A stretch of 64,000 nucleotides of DNA from positions 49,415,815-49,479,814 of the forward strand of contig NC_058368.1 of assembly GCF_018350175.1 (NCBI RefSeq), read 5' to 3'. Positions 49,990 to 63,089 of the stretch are shown piece after piece. The stretch is from Felis catus (lineage: Eukaryota). The notes beneath the pieces are model-generated. The model did no database searches, was not told the origin of the DNA, and saw only the letters and a program-made list of their open reading frames with translations. Positions within the stretch are counted from its first letter, which is position 1. Each line of letters starts with the position of its first letter. The position numbers and the translations under genes were made by a program.

Positions 49990-51663
49990 AAATCAAAGTA
50001 AAATGTTTAAATATGTTTGCTGACTTTTTTGATAACAGATAGAATTTTTTAAATATTTGCTTACTCTTTGCACTCACAATTCCAAAGAAGTCAAATGGAC
50101 TCTAAGAAAAGATTTTACTACAGTAATATTTATTCCCACTTATAATAGTGAAAAATCAGTAACATTGAAAGGACTTGGCTAAATAAATAATAATACACCT
50201 ATGGAATGGAATAGTATGCAGTCATTAAAAAGATACTCTAGAATGGTGTGCAATGGAATGAAAAAAGTATCAGTAACATATTTATTTATTCAGCAAATGT
50301 TTACTGAGCACCTAGTATGTTTCTGACACTGCTGGGTGCCAGGACCTCATCAGTGACAGAGACAGATCTAATTGTTTACCTTTGATAAGAAAAAAGTACA
50401 ATACAAAATATGAACAACAAGGTATATGTTTGACAAGATTCAATTTTTTTCTTATTTCAGATATATACAGACATCACACTGGCAAACACATTGCTTATCC
50501 TCTGATGATAGAACTGCACAACTTTAATTTTCTTCCTTTTGCCACACTTGCTAAAATAATGATACTTCATTTTTACTGAAAGAAAATCAATTTTGAAAAC
50601 AATTCTCCACAAAGTGTTACAAATCTGCATATCATGGCCACTAGCGTCACATGAGAATACAGAAAGTATAAATGCTAAATAAGCAGATGCGCAGATGTCC
50701 ACAAGTATAATGTGATTAAAAACAAGAAAGGTATTCTCTCCCTTCAGCCGGTCAACTACCTTCACTGAATGCTTATATGCAAAGTATCACAGCAAATACT
50801 GCAATCTACTTTATGGGTTGATTATTTCCCTTTTTATACAATGCTTTGAATATGAAGCAAAATATTATGTGATATTCATGATCATAACTTAAGCTGAAGG
50901 GCATATGCAGACAGTAATTTTAATTATGCTCTTCTAATGATGAATACACTTGCTTTCACCTCATAAAGTATTTGGCCACCAACCAATGTGACTTCAGGGT
51001 GAGTTGATTTTGCCTTTACCCAACCTGGATTTTAAGATCCATTAAAGTATCTTGTTAACTAAACCTTCTCCTTTATTGTGAGGTGTTTTTTTTTTCTTCC
51101 TTTAGTAAACCCAAGGTGAATTCAAATGAATAAAATAATGTAAATTAAAGAGCTTGGATGTTTAGTAAAACCTAAGGGAGATTATATTCATTGTGTTGCA
51201 TAACATTTAGTATAATGAAGACAAGACTTTCTCCCCAGTGCTTACTTTGTGTGTTAAATGCTTTAATCATTTTGAGCATAAGGGCTTTCCTTCATTATTA
51301 TTGCTATGCTAGGAAGGTCTAAGGTTATGTTTCTTATACAATCAATAGTAAGAGAAACTCGTGTTTAGAAAGTGATTTGTATTCAGATGTTTCCAAAGCT
51401 CTTTGTACACAATTTTTGATTGTTCCTGTTGTTTATTTATTATAAGCTTCTTTTATCTGACAACTTAAATGAGGTCAAAGCTTTATGAACCCCATTGACT
51501 AACTGTATTAGATTCTAAAATATTAGTACTTGATGTGTATGTTGGGATGTGGCAAAGAGGTTGGGAAAATATGGTTATGTATAGTTTAATGTTTTAATTG
51601 TTAAATTTTTATTCTTTTTGTTTTCTTGGAAGTATTTATGAAGTTTTCTCTTCAGTAGGGATT

Positions 51664-51717
51664 TTTTAAAGTTTATTTATTTGTTCTTGAGAGAGATGGG
51701 GGAGGGACAGAGAGAGA

Positions 51718-51751
<34 letters not shown>

Positions 51752-51875
51752 CCCAAGCAGGCTCTGCACTATCTGTGCAGAGTCCAATGTGGGGCTCTAA
51801 CTCAAGAACTGTGAGATCATGAGCTGAGCCAAAATCAAGAGTCAGATGTTTATCAGACTGAGCCACCCAGGTGCT
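51664..51875 (-). mobile_element. CanSINE (older type)
   Basis: Flanked by ctcttcagtagggatt / ctcttcagtagagatt. Confidence 0.9.
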
Positions 51876-51939
51876 CTTCAGTAGAGATTATTGATGAAAG
51901 TTTTTGTTGTTGTTGTTGTTATTTTTTTTTTAATTGCTT

Positions 51940-52050
51940 AGCACTGGGTGTTGTATGTAAGTAATCAATCACAGGAATCTACCCCCAAAACCAAGAGCAC
52001 ACTGTATATACTGTATGTTAGCCAACTTGACAATAAATTATATTTAAAAA
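51940..52050 (+). mobile_element. Very short felid L1 3' terminal insertion (~110 bp)
   Basis: 'gcactgggtgttgtatg...ttgacaataaattatatttaaaaaa' matches the terminus at 2827-2876, with a longer middle. Confidence 0.85.
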
Positions 52051-52099
52051 ATTGATTAAATCCACTCTAACTTGGGAGACAAAAAAATTAAATTAAAAA

Positions 52100-52285
52100 A
52101 TCCTCAAGTCATACTGAGTTCAGTTTTGATCCTAGTTATGTGATCTTGGGCAAGTTATTTTATCTGGGGCTAGTATTTTCATGGTTAAAAGGGAAGCTAA
52201 TATCTATTTCATAGGGTTATTGTTTGAAAAAAAATGAGATGTTGCATGGAAAGTGCCTGATGCTTAATAAATGGTAACTATTGGC
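52100..52285 (+). mobile_element. MIR
   Basis: 'tgtgatcttgggcaagttatt...tatttcatagggttattgt...aaagtgcctg...aataaatggtaactatt'. Confidence 0.75.
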
Positions 52286-52442
52286 AGCATCACCTGTTGC
52301 TTAGCATGGGATCATGGTAGAAATAAGAACAGCAGCAAACAGTATATACCCACTCCCCAGGATTATATTATTTCATCACTGAATCTGACTTTCTCCCTGA
52401 AACTCAAAAAAAAAAAAACACACAAAAACAAACAAAAAAAAT

Positions 52443-52484
52443 GGAAGGAAGGAAGGAAGGAAGGAAGGAAGGAAGGAAGAAGGA

Positions 52485-52524
<40 letters not shown>

Positions 52525-52617
52525 AAAGAAAAGAAAAGAAAAGAAAAGAAAAGAAAAGAAAAGAAAAGAAAGAAGGAAGGAAGGAAGGAAGGAAGGAAGG
52601 AAGGAAGGAAGGAAGGA

Positions 52618-52681
<64 letters not shown>

Positions 52682-52701
52682 AAAGAAAGAAAGAAAGAAA
52701 A
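52443..52701 (+). repeat. Compound polypurine microsatellite (GGAA)n(GAAA)n(GAAAA)n(GGAA)n(GAAA)n
   Basis: ~260 bp of uninterrupted purines. Confidence 0.97.
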
Positions 52702-53089
52702 CAGCCTCAGGGAGAGAACATAAACTTAGTTATCCCAGCCTACACTTGTTTCGGAGACAATCAATGATGGGGTAACAAATGATTTCTGGTGACCATTTCT
52801 TATGAGACTGAATGCCACCCAATAATTGAAATGGTTGGCAAGAGGGCCCAGCCGCCCTGTTCCATCTCCTCAACCACTATGACTCCCACACGGCCCAAAG
52901 ACAGAGGATTAGCAAACACAAAACAGAATTTTCTGATATTTCTTCCAGAGATGAATATGTATTACTCTTAAAATGAAAAAAGAAAATAGTTATTAAAAAG
53001 TTAAATAGTCATGGGAGTAAAAGTAACACTAGAGTGGGTAGGGTCCCACTATGCATTCTCTCTTCCATGCAAAGAATCAAGTAGTCATA

Positions 53090-54050
53090 ATAAATTACAA
53101 CAATAATGGCCAACTAAGTAGAACATTACTACATGTCAGGTATATTTGCTGTACTCAATTCTTTACCCAGATTATCTTAGTTGACTTTCATCATGACTGT
53201 GAGTGAGTGGTTATTATACTCACATTACAGATGGGAAACCCAAATTTGAGAGGTTAAGTAAATACCCAAGTCACAGGGCAAGACATTGCATGAGTAAAGA
53301 TTTGAAACCAGGCAGTCTCACTGCAGAGCCTCCAAGGGGTCCGTTAGCTGTCTGGACTGAGCCAACACATGAGGGGAAAAGTATTCAAATTCTAAAACTT
53401 CCTGGATACCATATCCAAAGCAGCACAACAAACTCCATGCTTTTCCCATCCCATCCATAAGGATAAGGATCCTAATGTAAAGTCCTATTTGAGGATTATC
53501 TCAGGACCTGCCATCAGTAGCACCTGCAAATGAAGGATCTGAGTATTTATTACTTCCTCTGGATATCCTTTTAAGTGTTTTTATTACCTTATGTCCTTCA
53601 TTCCTCACAAAAATATGTGAAATAGGAATTATTATTATTATTATTATTATTATTCCCATGGAGACGACTAAGATTTGGAGATTAAGTAATTTACACAAGG
53701 TCACATAGATAATGAGTGATGGGATGGAGCTGGGTGGGTCTCAAATTTAATCCACTCATACTAGAGTCCATGCTTCAAAACAGCACATCCTACAAATACA
53801 AAGTATCTACAAATATGGAAAATACTTAAGAGCAGAGCAAGTGTTTTCATCTTTGTCTCTACAACTCCTAGATAAGAGCCTGACATTGAGTTGGCATCTA
53901 CCATAATTTCAGACAGTTAAAAAACTCTTATTTGGGGCCAGGCACTCAAGGGACTTTATACACACATCAACTTGTTTAATTGTTACAACAATCCTATAAG
54001 GAAGACACTATTATTATATTCATTTTTACATGAAAAAACTGATAAGTGAG
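53090..54050 (-). mobile_element. Cluster of three MIR remnants (~53090-53330, ~53570-53790, ~53930-54050)
   Basis: 'ttacagatgggaaacc...gagaggttaagtaa', 'gattaagtaatttacacaaggtcacatag', 'acaacaatcctataagg...catttttacatgaaaaaactga'. Confidence 0.7.
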
Positions 54051-55059
54051 TGATAAATGGAAGTAAGGAAGAAAGAAAGGGAGGGAAGGAGAGGTAGGGA
54101 GGAAGAAGGAAGAACATAATATTTCAGAAGAAAGAAGTTGCTCCTCTGAACAGATTCCTTCCGTGACTGCTTGGTGAAGCCCAAATATATACCATAGAGA
54201 ATAACAACTACTGCTTTAGTTTTATCTAGTACAGAGACAGTTAATAGTTTTGTATGATTCAGACTTTACATCCCAGGTGCATTAATAGTCACTGTTCAGA
54301 TTTAAAATGTCATCCAAGCACAACAGTTTCTGGGCATACAGTCATAGCTGTGCCACTTGGTTTTTGGGTTTTTTGAGCTTGTTTATATGATGTGCTGCAC
54401 AGTCACACTGCAGGTAATGTTTCAACAAAGCTATCTGCATGTCATTTCTAAAAAAACACCAAAGTTGGCATCCATAATGATGCAAAGGGTAGCATTCTAG
54501 AGACAACCAGAAAACAAGGGCCAGGTGAAACCAAGGGGTAGAATACAGCCAGGAAGAAGTTTAGGAGTCTAGCAGGTCAGAGGGACGTGTGAAAAGAGAT
54601 GTAGGCAGGCAGACTGACTAAAGAGTTTTGCAGAGCAGGCTGTGGCTCCCTGATCACAGAGCTGCTGTTCAGTCAGGTCTGCCCTCCCTGGCAGTCTTGG
54701 AGAAACCAGAAGGCAAAGTGAGATGTCAGGCACAAGTGTGGGCAGAAACCTAGCTACTAAATTTGGAGTACAAGATCAGGCCATTTGACCTCAGTCATTT
54801 AAACTAATGAACCAAGTGGGGCTCCTTAAATTCTAGTTGTCAGATGAGTCCAGAAGCTAGTACGAGGCTGGATTTTGATGTGCTTACTTTGGGTTCAGTC
54901 AACTTACTTACATCTTCTTGCTTTTCAGTTGATTCTCACAGGTTTTCCAGCTAATGTATGGAATCATCTGAAAATGATGATCATACTCTCTCCACTTTCC
55001 CAATCATTATAACCCCATATTCTCATCTTCTCTGCACTGGGTAGGATTCCGGGAACACT

Positions 55060-55368
55060 ACATGCCCACATTCCCTCATCCAAAACTCTTGGAATTGGAC
55101 AGGTTTTGGAATTCAGACTCTTTCAAATTTTAAAAAGTGGTAATACTGTTTCCCTTAGTGAGACAGAAGGCAGCACTCCGTAACCAAACATGTGAATATT
55201 TCTTCACCATGAATGTGCTACGGATGAATAAAGGCTACATAGCACCTCACATCAGTTCAGGGCAGATTTTGCTGCCAAATGAGTTACATAAAAGATAAAA
55301 AATTTTTAAAAACCTCTTGTTTTCAGAGCTTGGAATCTCATAATTTCAGGTAAGAGACTGTGAACATG
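55060..55368. mobile_element. MER46C/Tigger4-like element
   Basis: 'ccacattccctcatcc...ggaattcaga...ggcagcactccgtaa...tcacatcagttcagg...gctgccaaatgagtta...taagagactgtgaacatg'. Confidence 0.7.
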
Positions 55369-55609
55369 AAGTAAGAAACAGGGGCTATAATGGAAATCGT
55401 TTTTGAGAAGGGACAAAATGGATGAGATGAGATTTTTTTATTTGGGGACAAAATGGATAAGATTTGAGATTGTTTATTTCTGGAGGAGGGAAAAAAGTAA
55501 AACGAACAGGAGAGAAGACTGAGGCAGTCTCCCCCAAAGAAGCAGAAACATATGGACTCCAGAACTTACACATTTTGGACAAATAGAGAGTTCTATTGTC
55601 TTATCTTTA

Positions 55610-55827
55610 CTTTTCTATTTATTTTATTTTTAAAAATTTCATATTTATGTTAGAGAGAGAGAATTCAAGTAGTGGAGAGGAACAGAAGGAAAGAGAAAGA
55701 TCATCTTAAGCAGGTTCCACATTCAGCACAGAGCCTGACGTGGGGCTCAATCCCACAGCCCTGGGACCATGACCTGAACCAAAGTCATGAGTCAGACGCT
55801 CAACTGACTGAGCCAGCCAGGCACCCC
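55610..55827 (-). mobile_element. Older CanSINE
   Basis: 'cagagcctgacgtggggctcaatccca...gacgctcaactgactgagccagccaggcacccc'. Confidence 0.85.
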
Positions 55828-56559
55828 ATGAGTCCTATCTTTAGATTTACCCCTCAGCTTTTAGTTCTTAGAACCAGAGAACCCTGAAATACATCCAAGT
55901 GTAGCTTCCCACACTTGTTTTACTTCCATCCTGGGTATAAGGTCACTAGATCATGCCTTCATCATCTTTGCATTCCTGAAAAACATTTAGCATGTGGCCT
56001 ATATTTGCAGCTGTTTAATAAATCAACTTCTGTGGGATTAATTTCCTTGGGTATATAAAAGATTTTGAGTAGAAGAAAGAGAAAATATTCTCAGAAAGTA
56101 GTAATCTTGGCCATGCCATCCACAGCATGGATCGACAGATTCCATAACAGCATTAGCTAAAGATGTCTGAAGAGTCATGGCGAACTCAGAAGAATCTGGG
56201 AAATATGGGCCATGCTTCAGTTACTCAGCCTAACTGCAGGAAGTGAACAAACACTTGACCTCACTGATTTATGAGGTCATTTCTGGGGAGGAAATGCTCC
56301 TTGAGCAAGCAGAGTTTCTCATAAAATAGTTCCAGGTCCTCTGGATTCCACCTTTAAACACCATTGTAAAAATTCCTCTGTGCAACCTGTTCAGCAAAAA
56401 ATGCCTTAACAACTCCCTGCCCATTATTCTCCTTCATGCTTCTCTCTCCAGTTCAACAATAGACTCATGATCACCCCCTTCTCCTCCTTCTTTCAACTTG
56501 CCAATCCTCAATCCTGCTCAGCTTCCACTCACCAGTATCTTATATTTGTACAGGAACTT

Positions 56560-57450
56560 CTCTTCTGAGCAACTGTCTGCTGGGTATACACATCTGTCTT
56601 ATTAATCCTCAAGTTTGACAGGTACAAAATCAAGCTCATCACATTACCACAATCCCACTTCTCTTCTTGAAATTCAAATGTTTATAAACTACATCACCAT
56701 TTTCCCACTGACAAACTAAAGGATTTTAGTAGCTCCAGAGTAAATAAGATTCTAAATTCCTCTTCACTTTCATTTTGGTTTTTCTCCCAGTCTCCTACTC
56801 AAACTATTTCAATAGTTTCCATACAGATCTCCTTTCCTCCAATTCATCCATCACATCAATAGCAATTTTAATCAGTTAGGAATTGTATTTACTTGTGAGC
56901 AATAAGCTAAAAAACAGTGGCTTAAACAAGATTGTGGTATATTCTTCTTTCTCTTTGATTTAGGTTCCTTCTAGCTTTGTGCTCAACCTTCTTTAGGGAG
57001 TACCTCTTCTCAGATCTTAAAGATGGCTTCCAGAATTGAAACCATCTTGCTTATTCTCAGGAAAGAAGAAGAAATAACCAAGGAAAAAAGGACATGCCAT
57101 CTGAGTCAGCCTCCTTCTTAAGGAGCTTTCCTGGAAAACCCTGAAATAACTGCTGCTTAGAATGTATTCTCATAGTCATTCTATAAGGGAGATTGGAAAA
57201 TGCAGCTTTTAGCTGGGATTTGTCATTTCCCCTAGAATTGAGATAGAGGTAGCAAGAAAGGTGAGAAGAATGTTGAGTAGGCAAAATCAGACTGCTGGTC
57301 TAGTATTTCTAAAGACTGTGATAAAAAAAGAAAAAATTCAATATGGCCTCATTGCCTTCCAAGTTAAATCTAAACTTGTAGCAAAATGTTCAAGCGCTTT
57401 CATGACCATCCATATTTCACCCCAACCAATCTCACCTGCTCTTTCTTCTA
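56560..57450 (+). mobile_element. L2 remnant interrupted by an MLT1-type LTR (~56865-57300, minus)
   Basis: L2-like 'caaaatcaagctcatc...catcaccattttccca'. MLT1-like 'aacagtggcttaaacaagat...aagatggct...aagggagattggaaaatgcag'. Confidence 0.55.
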
Positions 57451-57464
57451 TTTGAATAGTTATA

Positions 57465-57603
57465 TTTTAATGTACACATGAATCACCTGGGGATCTTGTT
57501 AAACCACAGACTCTATTTTAATAGGTCTGGGATGGGGTCCGAGGTTCTGCATTTCTAACAAGTTCCCAGATGATGCTGATGCTACCAGTTCCTGGAGCAG
57601 CAA
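57465..57603. mobile_element. MER5A hAT-Charlie fossil
   Basis: 'gaatcacctggggatcttgttaaa...taggtctgggatggggtccgag...tgcatttctaacaagttcccagatgatgctgatgct'. Confidence 0.85.
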
Positions 57604-57611
57604 TTCTAGAG

Positions 57612-57839
57612 CAGTGATTCTCATATACAGGTCATATTGTCCCCAGGAGACATTTGGCAATGTCTGAGACATTGTTTGCCACAACATGGAGGGATAGGAT
57701 TGGGGGGGGGGGTACTACTGGTATCTAATGAGTAGAGGCCAGAGATGATGCTAAATATCCTGTAATACACAGGATAGCCCAGTGCATCAAGGAATTATCT
57801 GATCTGAGCTGTCAATACCACTGAGGTTAAAAAACCCTA
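57612..57839. mobile_element. MER20 abutting MER5A
   Basis: 'cagtgattctca...ggagacatttggcaatgtctgagacatt...agaggccagagatgatgctaaa...tgaggttaaaaaaccct'. The left flank ttctagag fits the Charlie NTCTAGAN target. Confidence 0.85.
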
Positions 57840-58065
57840 TTCAAGAAATAGCCTTTGCCCCAGAAAGATGAGATCATATGTTATTCCAATAGGTCCTGAA
57901 TTTTCCTATCTTTATCATTATGTTTCCTCCAACCAGTTCTTATCTTCCCTACAGTCAATTCTATCAACTGATTTCTCAGCCATGTGTCAAGCCCTGTTAA
58001 TGCACCATCTGCTTCATGAATGCATCCTAGCTCCTCTCTCCCTCCTCTGAATTGCTTTCATGCAC

Positions 58066-58445
58066 TTTCTATGGACTGAATGGTTGTATCCCTCAAAATT
58101 CATGTATTAAAACCTAATATTCAATGCAATGGTATTTGGAGGTGGAGTGTTTAAGAGGTGATTAAGACACGAGGGTAGAACTGTATTGAGGGTAGAACTG
58201 TATTAAATGGGTAAGTGCCCTTATAAAAGAGACCTGATGGTGCCCTCAATCCCTTTCCCTCATGAGGACACATCCAGAAGACAACTGTCTATGAACCAAG
58301 AAACAGTTGCTCATCAAACACCACATCTGCTAATGCCTTGACCTTGGACTTCCGAGTCTCCAAAACTGTAAGAAATAATTTTCTTCTGTTTATAAGCCAC
58401 CAAGTCTATGGTATTTTGTTACACCAGCCCTAAGGATTAAGGTAG
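58066..58445 (+). mobile_element. MaLR solo LTR (MLT1A-like)
   Basis: 'ctatggactgaatggttgtatccctcaaaattcatg...ccttgaccttggacttcc...tgtttataagccaccaagtctatggtattttgtta'. Confidence 0.85.
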
Positions 58446-58614
58446 CATTTCTTTGTCACATAAACTCTACCTCCATTTATGTTACTTAATCTTCTCACTA
58501 GAAATAGATTATAAATTGTTTAAGTTGGAAGCTATTCTTTCGTAACCTTGATAAACCTCCATGGTAGCTAACATGGTGCCCTACACACAGTTAAATGGGC
58601 TCTTTCCTTTTTAA

Positions 58615-58839
58615 ATTAAAAAATGCTTATTTATTTATTTTGAGAGAGAGAGAGGGAGATTGAGAGAGACAGAAAATGCAGACAAGCAGGGGAGGGGCAG
58701 AGAGAGAGACAGAATCCCAAGCAGGCTCCATGCCATCAGCACAGAGCCCAATGTGAGGCTCAAACCCATGAACTGTGAGCTCATGACCTGAGCCGAAATC
58801 AAGATTGGGAGCTTAACCAACTGTGCCACCCAGGCACCC
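58615..58839 (-). mobile_element. CanSINE (older type)
   Basis: 'agaatcccaagcaggctcc...gccgaaatcaaga...gccacccaggcaccc'. Confidence 0.9.
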
Positions 58840-58953
58840 ATGGCTCTCTTTTATTTTTATAGCATACATAAATATTTAAAATAATTGTTAAAAACAAGGA
58901 TTTATGTATAATTATATATATAACAATAATCATATATATCATTATATATGTAC

Positions 58954-59028
<75 letters not shown>
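58954..59028. repeat. (TA)n(TG)n(TA)n microsatellite
   Basis: Read directly. Confidence 0.95.
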
Positions 59029-59031
<3 letters not shown>

Positions 59032-61006
59032 CACATTAGGCCTTTAAGAAGTTTCCCTAGTATGGTTAACTCACGATGGCTCTATCTTTCTTAGTCTCTT
59101 CCTTATGCCAACCACCAATGCAAATTTTAATACCTTCTGGTCCTCGTAAAATCCAAACGCGATTCCCACAGATAGTTTTAAAAGGTGGAAAAAAAGGAAG
59201 TTTAAACCCCGCGTTTAGGACCACTGCATGGTTTCCATTAAGCCTTCCCTGATTCTTTCAGGCCAGGGTTCATGGACCAGTGCCTATTTACCTGGTTGGC
59301 TGAGATTCAAATGAGTAATAGACCCTCTGAGCCATCAGTAGCCCTCCTAATGCATTTTTCATTAAGTTGAACTCCCACCTGGGTCCTCTTTCTGAGGTTC
59401 AGGCAGAGGTAAGAGAGGTACATGGTGCTTGTTTACTAGCATTTAAACAAGATTGCTCTTTTCTCACAAACGATAACAATTTTGTGCCTAAGATGATTTC
59501 TGGGAAGGTGGAAACATTGTGTTTATTGGGCCATCTGTTAAGAGAGTACTGATTCATTAGAACAGACTTACAACCGATTCACATTTCAGAACTTTAATAA
59601 AATATTTTAAGCAAAGGTCAGATGGATAGCCTGCTTTCCATAAAAGATACCCAAACACGCACACATATACACGCATACGCATCACACACCTTTCAACAGT
59701 ATCACCTGCTATTTTATTTCAAGCCATAGCACCTGTGCACATGCTGGAATCAGGGCTAACTGGGTCATCTTCACTGAAATCAGAGTTCTGTCTGTCTGGT
59801 AAGGGACTTTTCTTCACTCTGCTGTGCCCCTGCCAGCACCCCACCAGTATGAAGCCTTCTGCCACTGGAGATATGACATGTCATGTGCACCGTGCAAACA
59901 AAGACATTAGCTCACACTAACAGCATCCTGACTGGGCTTTCCAGACACCGGAAATTCTGTTCCCTCCACTGGGCCCATTGGAACGACACAGGGTCTAGGA
60001 CCTCTTTCTTACTATGATGATTTTAGAAATACTGTTACCATTTTTGTTCATGTTATATGGATTACACATTCTGATGCACAAATCAAAATCATGCTAGGAT
60101 AAATGCATATTTAGTTTAAGGAGCAGAATATTACAAATTGTGTCTTCCCAAAAGTAAAGACCTAAGATTATACTTACATCCCACCTCATAGTGTGACCAT
60201 GAATAGGCTGTTTTCAGGCCAGATATTCTGATTATCACAAAAACTGCTTTATCAGAAGTAGCAGGAAATATAGCATATCATTCATACAAAAACTGGCCAT
60301 TCTAGAAGATGAATTAAAATACCATTGTGCTCAAGGATTCCTTCTTTTAGGGCGCTATAGACAATCTTCTGATTCAGTCTGTTTATAATCTAGCCCTATG
60401 AGACCCCAAACCATCAGTTTCCAATCACCAGTCCTGGCCAAATTCATGGCCATCACAATATCATTTATCCAGATTCCTAAACCACCTACCCTGAGGCTGA
60501 ACTGCTTACCTCCTTGCTTCGTAACCCTGTGAACAGTAAGTTTTCCTTGTTTCCCAGTGTCTACACTTGATCTGTGTATGTAGGTAAGTAGTGAAGTAAA
60601 CGGATAGAAAAGCAGGTTATTCAAAGATAGCCTTTAAAAGTCACCAAAATACCTGAATCCTGCCTCTTACCATCTGCCCTTCTTGAAACCTGGTTCCTTC
60701 CTTCAAGCCAATGATCTTAACCTTGCCAAGAAGACAGCCGCTATAAGGGTTCCTCTTTGTGCCACATACAGGATAGTAAGATGGAATTCTTCTCTAACTT
60801 CCCTGACAAGAGAAGAAATGGCTACTGTGTTCCAGGTGGCTTGGGATGGGTGGGAACAGTAAAACAGAGGGGAAGAACTGAGCGGAAGCAGAAGCCCATC
60901 ACTTGAGGAGTGAAGCAAGGTAAGGAGAGTCTACCCTGTCTGCGCCTCAGAGAAAGGGCTGAGGCAACCTTGCAATGAGCTGATTTCCTTTGTGTTTTCT
61001 GGAAAT

Positions 61007-61342
61007 TGACAAATTAATTAAACAAGGAGGGCATTAGCCTGAGGTGGCCCTAATGCCATGGCAGCCTGCATAAACAAAGCAAAATCCAAAGCTATAAATA
61101 CCTCAAGGTTATGAAATCAAAACACTAAGGACAACCAATCACAAACAACCAGCTAGATTTTAAGCTACAGTTAGTCAATAACTTTCTTCTTTTGCTTCCA
61201 CCTTTTCTTTACAAAAGCCTCTCTCAGAGCTGCTGTCTATGGAGTGTTTCTGACAACTTTTGGTTGATGCTGCCCCATTCAAACTGATTTTTGCTCAAAT
61301 AAACTTAAAATTTTTTAGTATGCCTCAGTTTATCTTTTAACA
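61007..61342 (+). mobile_element. ERV1-class solo LTR (MER34-like)
   Basis: TG...CA ends, internal ccaatc, and 'ctcaaataaactt...tttatcttttaaca' at the end. Confidence 0.7.
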
Positions 61343-63089
61343 GCATAAAGAGGCCAACCAAGACAAAGGCCATGTTAAAAGGCTGTTAAATAGCTCTAGC
61401 CTGTCTAAACTGGCCTTTAGACAGTTATATCAGTGGAGACAGCAGAGGAGTTATTTCTTGGATTTTTTTTATTAAAACAAAACAAAACTATAAATACATG
61501 AGGAATCTGGCTTCACCCTCAAGGACCTCCCTGGTCTCCCTCCTTCACTTTCTCTCATTTGTTATGGGATAGACATTCAAGTGAAGGTGACAACCCTAAT
61601 GAGGAACAGGGTGAGGATCACACAAGCAAATGGAAATGTCACATTCAGCCAGACCTTGGAGAAAAATGTAATTGCTGTTTCTTACAGGAGGACATCAGAC
61701 AGGAAATGGCAGTTCTCTGAGATAAGCCACAAATCTCCCCTATCTTAGGATCTCTGTGAATACTCCTGATGTGTCCCAGAGAGTGGTAGGATGTCTATAA
61801 GATTAAAGGAGGAACAAATGGAGAAGGAAGGTGGCAGAGTCCTGTGTGGGAAGGAGGGATGGCTGTTATCTACATGGAATCATGATAATATCAGAGTGTC
61901 ACTCACATCCATATGTGGACAATGGAAAAATCATGGCATTCTCCTATGGTCACAATCTTAGCATGTGCTTTCATAAAGTTTTTCCCTTGTCCTAAAGTAG
62001 AATGATTTACACCACCGGGATGAAACCTGACACTAGAGATAAAATGATATCCAGTGGGTACTGTTGTGAAATGGTCTGCTATGTCTTAGGGTTTAAAACT
62101 GATTGCTCTGCTTTTCATGCTTTCTGCTTCTCTTAGTTTAAAATAGTTACAGTGCTAGGCTGCAGGTGTTTGCTCTTATGACACTTCAAAATCTATAAAT
62201 GTTTCTTGAATTTGAAGAAAAATAAATCCCACAGAATGCTTAATCTGCAAAATGAGAATTGAAAAAAATTATAATTTGAGGTAGGAGTCCATTAAAGAGA
62301 GACTTCTTTTGTTTCTTCCTCTCTTCCTCCCTCCCTTCCTTCCTTCTCTTCTTCCTTTCCTCCATCTTTCTCTTCTTTCTTTCTTACTTATATATTAGTT
62401 GGAGAATAACTGTTTGTGGATTGGAGTTATGCCCTGTATTGGGAAAGTCATGAGGATGAACCCTCTGGGAACACAAATGAACAGCAAATTCTCATTCTTT
62501 TGTATTTAGAGAAAACTGAACATAACTGCCATGGACTGGGATGTAAGGGTGAATCATTTTGTCTTTTGCCAGACTATTCCCTAGAAAAAGTAGAGATGTT
62601 TTCTTTAAATGTGGAGTAGACTGTGATTCTGACAGGAGATCTAGTGCTGGATAACTAAAACTATATCACACGGACCACTGAACATTAGGGTTGTGTTAGC
62701 TAGACCACTGTGGTAAGCCTTGCCCGTACTTTGAGAAAACTTACAGGAGGCAGCTTTGTTCAGCTTGGACCTTACAGAAGAGTTGAGCTTCAAAAAAAAA
62801 AAAAAGGTATAGAACAACCCCAAGGTGACCTAAAGGGTCCTCATATTCCTCTGGATGAAACAAGATGTAGGCATATAAGACAAACAGCAGGCAGACAGGT
62901 TACAGAACATATAGGTATTCCTTGGGGAATCCCTAGAAATTACTTAGTGAGAAAGCATCAAGAATAAATTCACTCTCTGGCACATATTTGCATGTGGGGA
63001 AATCACTGTTCAATCATTTTTAAAAGTGACCTGAATTTGCACACATAAGTACTGGAGTGAAACATGGTGATTACAGCTTATTTCTACTC

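Noticed and set aside
52271..52767. K/E/R-rich ORFs of 150 and 108 aa
   Set aside because: They are translations of the purine microsatellite, which cannot contain stop codons.
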